Below are positions 59,421 to 64,000 of a DNA stretch of 64,000 nt, piece after piece. A model generated the notes under the pieces. It was not told the origin of the DNA, searched no databases, and worked only from the letters and a program-made list of their open reading frames with translations. The first letter of the stretch is position 1, and every line of letters begins with the position of its first letter. The stretch comes from Massalongia carnosa (taxonomy: Eukaryota), in the NCBI GenBank assembly GCA_965645245.1, contig OZ287075.1, positions 2,356,001 to 2,420,000 on the forward strand. Direction: 5' to 3'. Position numbers and translations under genes: made by a program.

Positions 59421-60963
59421 TGTAGGGGGGTGGAGCGGTGATACTCTTAATTCAAATTGCTAGCGGTTCGGGAGTTGGTTCTTTTCGGCTGATACTCGGT
59501 AAAGGTAGCGGGGAAGTCAGGTGACAGTCTTTCCTTTAGTTTAGTTATAGATAGTTCTTTCCTTTTAGAGCAAGCATGCTCGTAGCAATAGCTACAACAC
59601 ACAGCATCAACACATACAGTTCACAGGCACGAGGCACGAGGCGCGAGGCATACAGTGACCAGTCTAGCTATTGTTCTTATTCTATTGTCTTGTTCTTCCC
59701 TTGTTTGTTTGTTCTCTTGCACTCCCAGCAGTAGTGGACCACGCACACCACCCAGTTCATCCTTCCACATTTGGCGACCACGGTGCGATCTCTATTTGAC
59801 CGGGAGTAGGAATCAAACGACGAGTCTAGATAGACATGTGAGACAGACAGTAGACTTACAGCGACAGCGACAGCGACAGGCGACAGCGACAGGAAACAGC
59901 GACAGGAAATAGCGACAGGAAATAGCGACAGGCGACAGCGACAGGAAACAGCGATCTAGAAGCAGCGACAGCGTACAGAGATCTAGAGATAGTGGGAAAA
60001 CGACATGCAGCGACCGGAGGAAGACAGAAAGAACGGGGGCATCCATTTGACCCTAACAGAGGGTGGCGATACGAACAGACCTCACCTGAACGGGCGGAAT
60101 TGATTATAGGGGAAGAGACGGACCCGAATAGTCTGCGATACGGTGGAGACGGTCGAGAGTCTAACATAGCGACATCACGATTCCGATAGGCGGGAGATAG
60201 GTGGCCGATTTAACCCGAACCAATCAGCGAGCTCGAATTCCGTCTCGGTGGCAAGCTAATCCTGTTTGAGAAAATCGTGAGAATAAGCGAGCAGCCTCGA
60301 GGACTGAGCGACGTCGTCGATTTGACAATGTGAACAGAAGGACCCACCAGAAACATGGGGTTCGGAAAGTACCGCATTCCTGCCCGAAGGCCATCCGGAA
60401 TCGAGACCATGGCGACTGAACGGCACCGAGGAGGCATAAAAGCTGCCTCACTGCCCATCTTCAACAGATCATTTCATTCATCTTTTTCACCTTATTCATC
60501 CTGTTCAGACAGTGTCGAGCACAAAGCATATCAGCATAACAGGCCTTCGGACCTACCTCCACCATACATTTATCCTACTAGCCCGCACTGTCATCACTAC
60601 TGTTGTCAGTCGAATGGAGAGGACAAGGAAACAACAACAGCTCTTCTTTCGAAAATCGTTACACACCTCCTACCTATACTTGAGCGACTTGCTACTACTA
60701 CCTGCAAGCATACTGAACCTGCTACTGAGACCGCTGTCCGAACTAGCCCACCGACTCGACCTGAGTGTGAGAGTTCATCGTCGGCTACCATATCTACAAT
60801 CGAAAATCAGTCTAGTGGTGCAACAATCAGCGACATGGCTACTCTATCTACGACTTGTCTCGAGTACTCTAGGAATAGACCTGCTATGTCTGCAGGGCCC
60901 TTCGGGTTTGTGATGACCATGCCTCAGCCAGGGACTCCCGGGACCCCATTCTTTCAAGGTAAA
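59421..60963 (+). mobile_element. LTR element G, 5' part: LTR 59421-59769, PBS TGGCGACC, long leader with CAGCGA(CAGGAAA) repeats (~59859-59970), gag start; cut by Y copy 2
   Basis: LTR matches solo 6753-7109; tRNA-type TGG PBS; gag-like MPQPGTPGTPFFQGK. Confidence 0.85.
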
Positions 60964-62519
60964 TGATGTCGGAATCCGGGGTGAAGGTTAGAACACAAGT
61001 AGTGGATTTTTTCGGCGCAATCGATCGGCAAGGACTTCAATCATCATTCTCATTCAGTCGTTAACCATTGTAAGCATTGTTGGTTGAGTGGTGATGATTC
61101 AAAGAGGAGAAGTCATGTCACAATATTCTGCCGGAGCACTATACCGCGCTAACCGAATTCGGGTTTTTTCCTGTATTTCTCATGCGAATCCTAATCCTAA
61201 CTACGAGAAGTGATCGATCATGCGATGATGTGAATAATGTGATCATGCGATGAGATCATGCGATGGGTAACTTAGACATGTCATTGATTTTACATTCTTA
61301 GCCACCCTTCTTTTCTCGTGTCACCTACCGCGCTAACCGAATTAGGGTTTTTTCCTAAATTCCTCATCTCTAGAACTTCGACTGCTCAGCGTCACTCTTC
61401 CTCGATCATGCCTTCTACGGAGTCATTGAAAAAATTATGTGGTAGGCCTCGAAAGTACTCTACTGATGAAGCTGGAGCGGCCAAGAGACGGCAGAGTCAA
61501 GGTTATTACCACAATCTATCGCGCCCGGTTGGTCTTGCAGGTCCCGTCGACTTTGTGCCTACGAGCCTCTACCTATATCCAATATCCCTAGCGACACCCT
61601 GCCAGCCATTGGTCTGCGAACCAGCCTCCATATACCAATCCCTCCGGATCGCGATATAACGGAAGACTGTGAGGAAGAGCTTGAGCCCGAAGCATACTAA
61701 GGATAATCCCTCTCGAACTGCAACTCCAAATTCCCTACACGAGGAACCCGAAATCGTTCAACAAGTAGAGAAAATACGCACAGAGGAGGTGACAAATACT
61801 GAAGACGCAGACTATGATGTGGAGGTCACGGCACGCTTAGAGGAGTCGGCAGCCTATCTCGAGGCAGCAGCAGTGCTCTAGGCACTACGAATTGGGCAAC
61901 AAGAGAGGCAGGAGAGCAGCAAGGCCGGGTCACCGTATTCTGACTACACCGCCCAGCAGTTTAGTGATGTCGAATCAGCAGCACCTACACACAACAGCAC
62001 ACCAATTCATAGTCCACCGAATACAGATATACAAAAGGGCAGTTCACCGCATACTGCAGATACATGACGCAGTCACAGCAGGACTTCCAAGGCTCAGTCA
62101 AGTAGCACCAGTAGTAGACGTGGGACTTCGTTCCCAACGCCGATAAACACGCTATTATCATGGATGAAGCCCATGACAGGTGTCGATTCTAACCCTACTT
62201 CGCCCACTTCACGCCCATATCCAAGCATTGCTATATCTACACCTCCGCCCTCGGATCTTCATCAACCTGCTGGATCCGTCGAAGCACCACCACCCGTGCC
62301 TTCAAGAGAACCCCCCCTAGGCCAAAGTCCACAACCAGCAGTACAACAGGCACCGCGTAGCGCGCAGAGTGCCCACATCGCAAATCCAAGCCCCGATCAA
62401 CTAGAGAGCACATCCTCTAAGCTGACCAAGCAGCTACGTAAATTCCGGTGCTGCACTCATGAGCAGCATACCGAAGCCGATCGCCAGCATGAAGAACACC
62501 ACCAACGCCGAGGTGTGCA
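60964..62519 (+). mobile_element. Element Y copy 2 (5' 1.55 kb)
   Basis: Aligns to 33114-~34677. Confidence 0.85.
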
Positions 62520-64000
62520 AGCGTTGTTGGTTGAGTTGTGATAGATAAATGTAAGGTGTCCTTGAGAATTACATGAATTGCAAAGGCGGTCGTGTAACTA
62601 ACTCGATTCTGCAGAAGCACATTGCCCAATTGAGTTTTTTCCTGATTTTTAGTAACACGTAATCCCGACCTGATTCAAGTGATCAAGTGATGTAACTACG
62701 AGGAGTGATCATGCGATAAGTAGCTTAGACCTACCATTGATTTTAAATTCTTAGCTGCCGTTCTGGTGGATTTTATTGATGTGTTCTATTGTCGCGTACC
62801 GCGCTAACCGAATTCGGGTATTTTCCTGAATCCCCCATGTTCAAGAGTTATCGCGGTCGCTAGTCATCTCTAAGACCTCGACTGCTTAGCGTCACTCTTC
62901 CCCGATCATGCCTTCTACGGAGCCATTGAAAAAACCAGGTGGTAGGCCTCGAAAGTACTCTACTGCTGATGAAGCTGTAGCGGCTAAGAGACGGCAAAGT
63001 CGAGGTTATTACCACAATCCATTGCGCCCGGTTGGTCTTGCAGGTCCCTTCGACTTTGATGCCTACGAGCCTCTACCTACATGCGATATCCCTAGCGACA
63101 CCCTGCCTGCCATTGGTCTGCGAACCAGCCTCCACATACCAATCCCTCGGGATCGCGATATAGCGGAAGACTGTGAGGAAGAGCTGGAACCCGAAGCATT
63201 CCTAACCAGAACAACCCCCCTCGAACTGCAACTCCAAATTCCCTGCATGAGGAGCCCGAAATCATTCGACAAGTTGAGAAAATACGCACAGAGGAGGTGA
63301 CAAACACTGAAGACGCAGACTTTGATGCGGAGGTCACGGCACGCTTGGAGTAGTCGGCAGCCTATCTCGAGGCAGCAGCAGTGCTCCAGGCACTACTAAT
63401 TGGGCAACAAGAGAGGCAGGAGAGCAGCAAGGCCGGGTTACAGTATTCTGACTACGCCGCCTAGTAGTTCAGTGATGTCGAATCAGTAGCACCTAGACAC
63501 AACAGAACACCGATTCATAGTCCACCGAATACAGATATACAACAGGGCAGTTCACCGCATACTGCAGATAAAAAAATACAGCATACCGCGTAGCGTGCAG
63601 AGTGCACATATCGCAAATCTGAGCCCTGATCAACTAGAGAGCACATCCTCTAAGCTGGCCAAGTAGCTACGTAAATTCCGGTGCTGCACTCATGAGCAGC
63701 ATACCGAAGCCGATCGCCAGCATGAAGAACACCAACAACGCCGAGATGTGCACTCAGAGTGCTCATCTATACCTGATATTACTTCCATTATTAAAGGGTT
63801 ACACAATGGGGGCATTTCGCTTCCCGATGTCCTCAAAAGCCCCCGACTGATGAGAGCCACCGATATCCAGATCGTCGGCTGCAAGGCGGCATTCGAAGGC
63901 ACTGCTAGTGCTCGCCTGGACGAAGCCACTCCCCATAACGATGGACTTCCTCCGTGTCTTTGCCTGTCCAAGAAACACAACCAAGGGTTGGTTTCGACAT
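62520..64000 (+). mobile_element. Element Y copy 3 (diverged leader, ~280-bp internal deletion near 63575, runs out of the window)
   Basis: Aligns to ~33225-34947. Confidence 0.85.

Overview
Eukaryotic DNA, most likely from a filamentous ascomycete (GT..GCTAAC..AG introns, chromovirus Gypsy, Tad1-type LINE, Tc1 and pogo elements). The window is essentially one deeply nested transposon cluster, and I found no host gene, RNA gene or CRISPR array. It contains: about seven Ty3/Gypsy lineages (my labels A-D, F-H); one complete Ty1/Copia and Copia relics; about a dozen solo LTRs with target-site duplications (TSDs); a 5'-truncated LINE with a 14-bp TSD; a DD34E Tc1 element; an intron-containing pogo-like transposase relic; and two copies of a 162-bp MITE with 8-bp TSDs. 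The best candidate for something undescribed is element Y, present in three copies (33114-~38330, 60964-62519, 62520-64000). It has a sharp 5' end and an AT-hook-bearing ORF of about 1,370 codons with no RT, DDE, tyrosine-recombinase or helicase motifs that I can recognise. Its motif order loosely resembles Rep_trans rolling-circle initiators (inference only). Also notable: covarying LTR/PBS complementarity consistent with tRNA-independent self-priming, a duplicated X+Gypsy-H block that supplies empty-site controls, and conserved TG..TA LTR ends. Coordinates were read by eye and may be off by a few bases.
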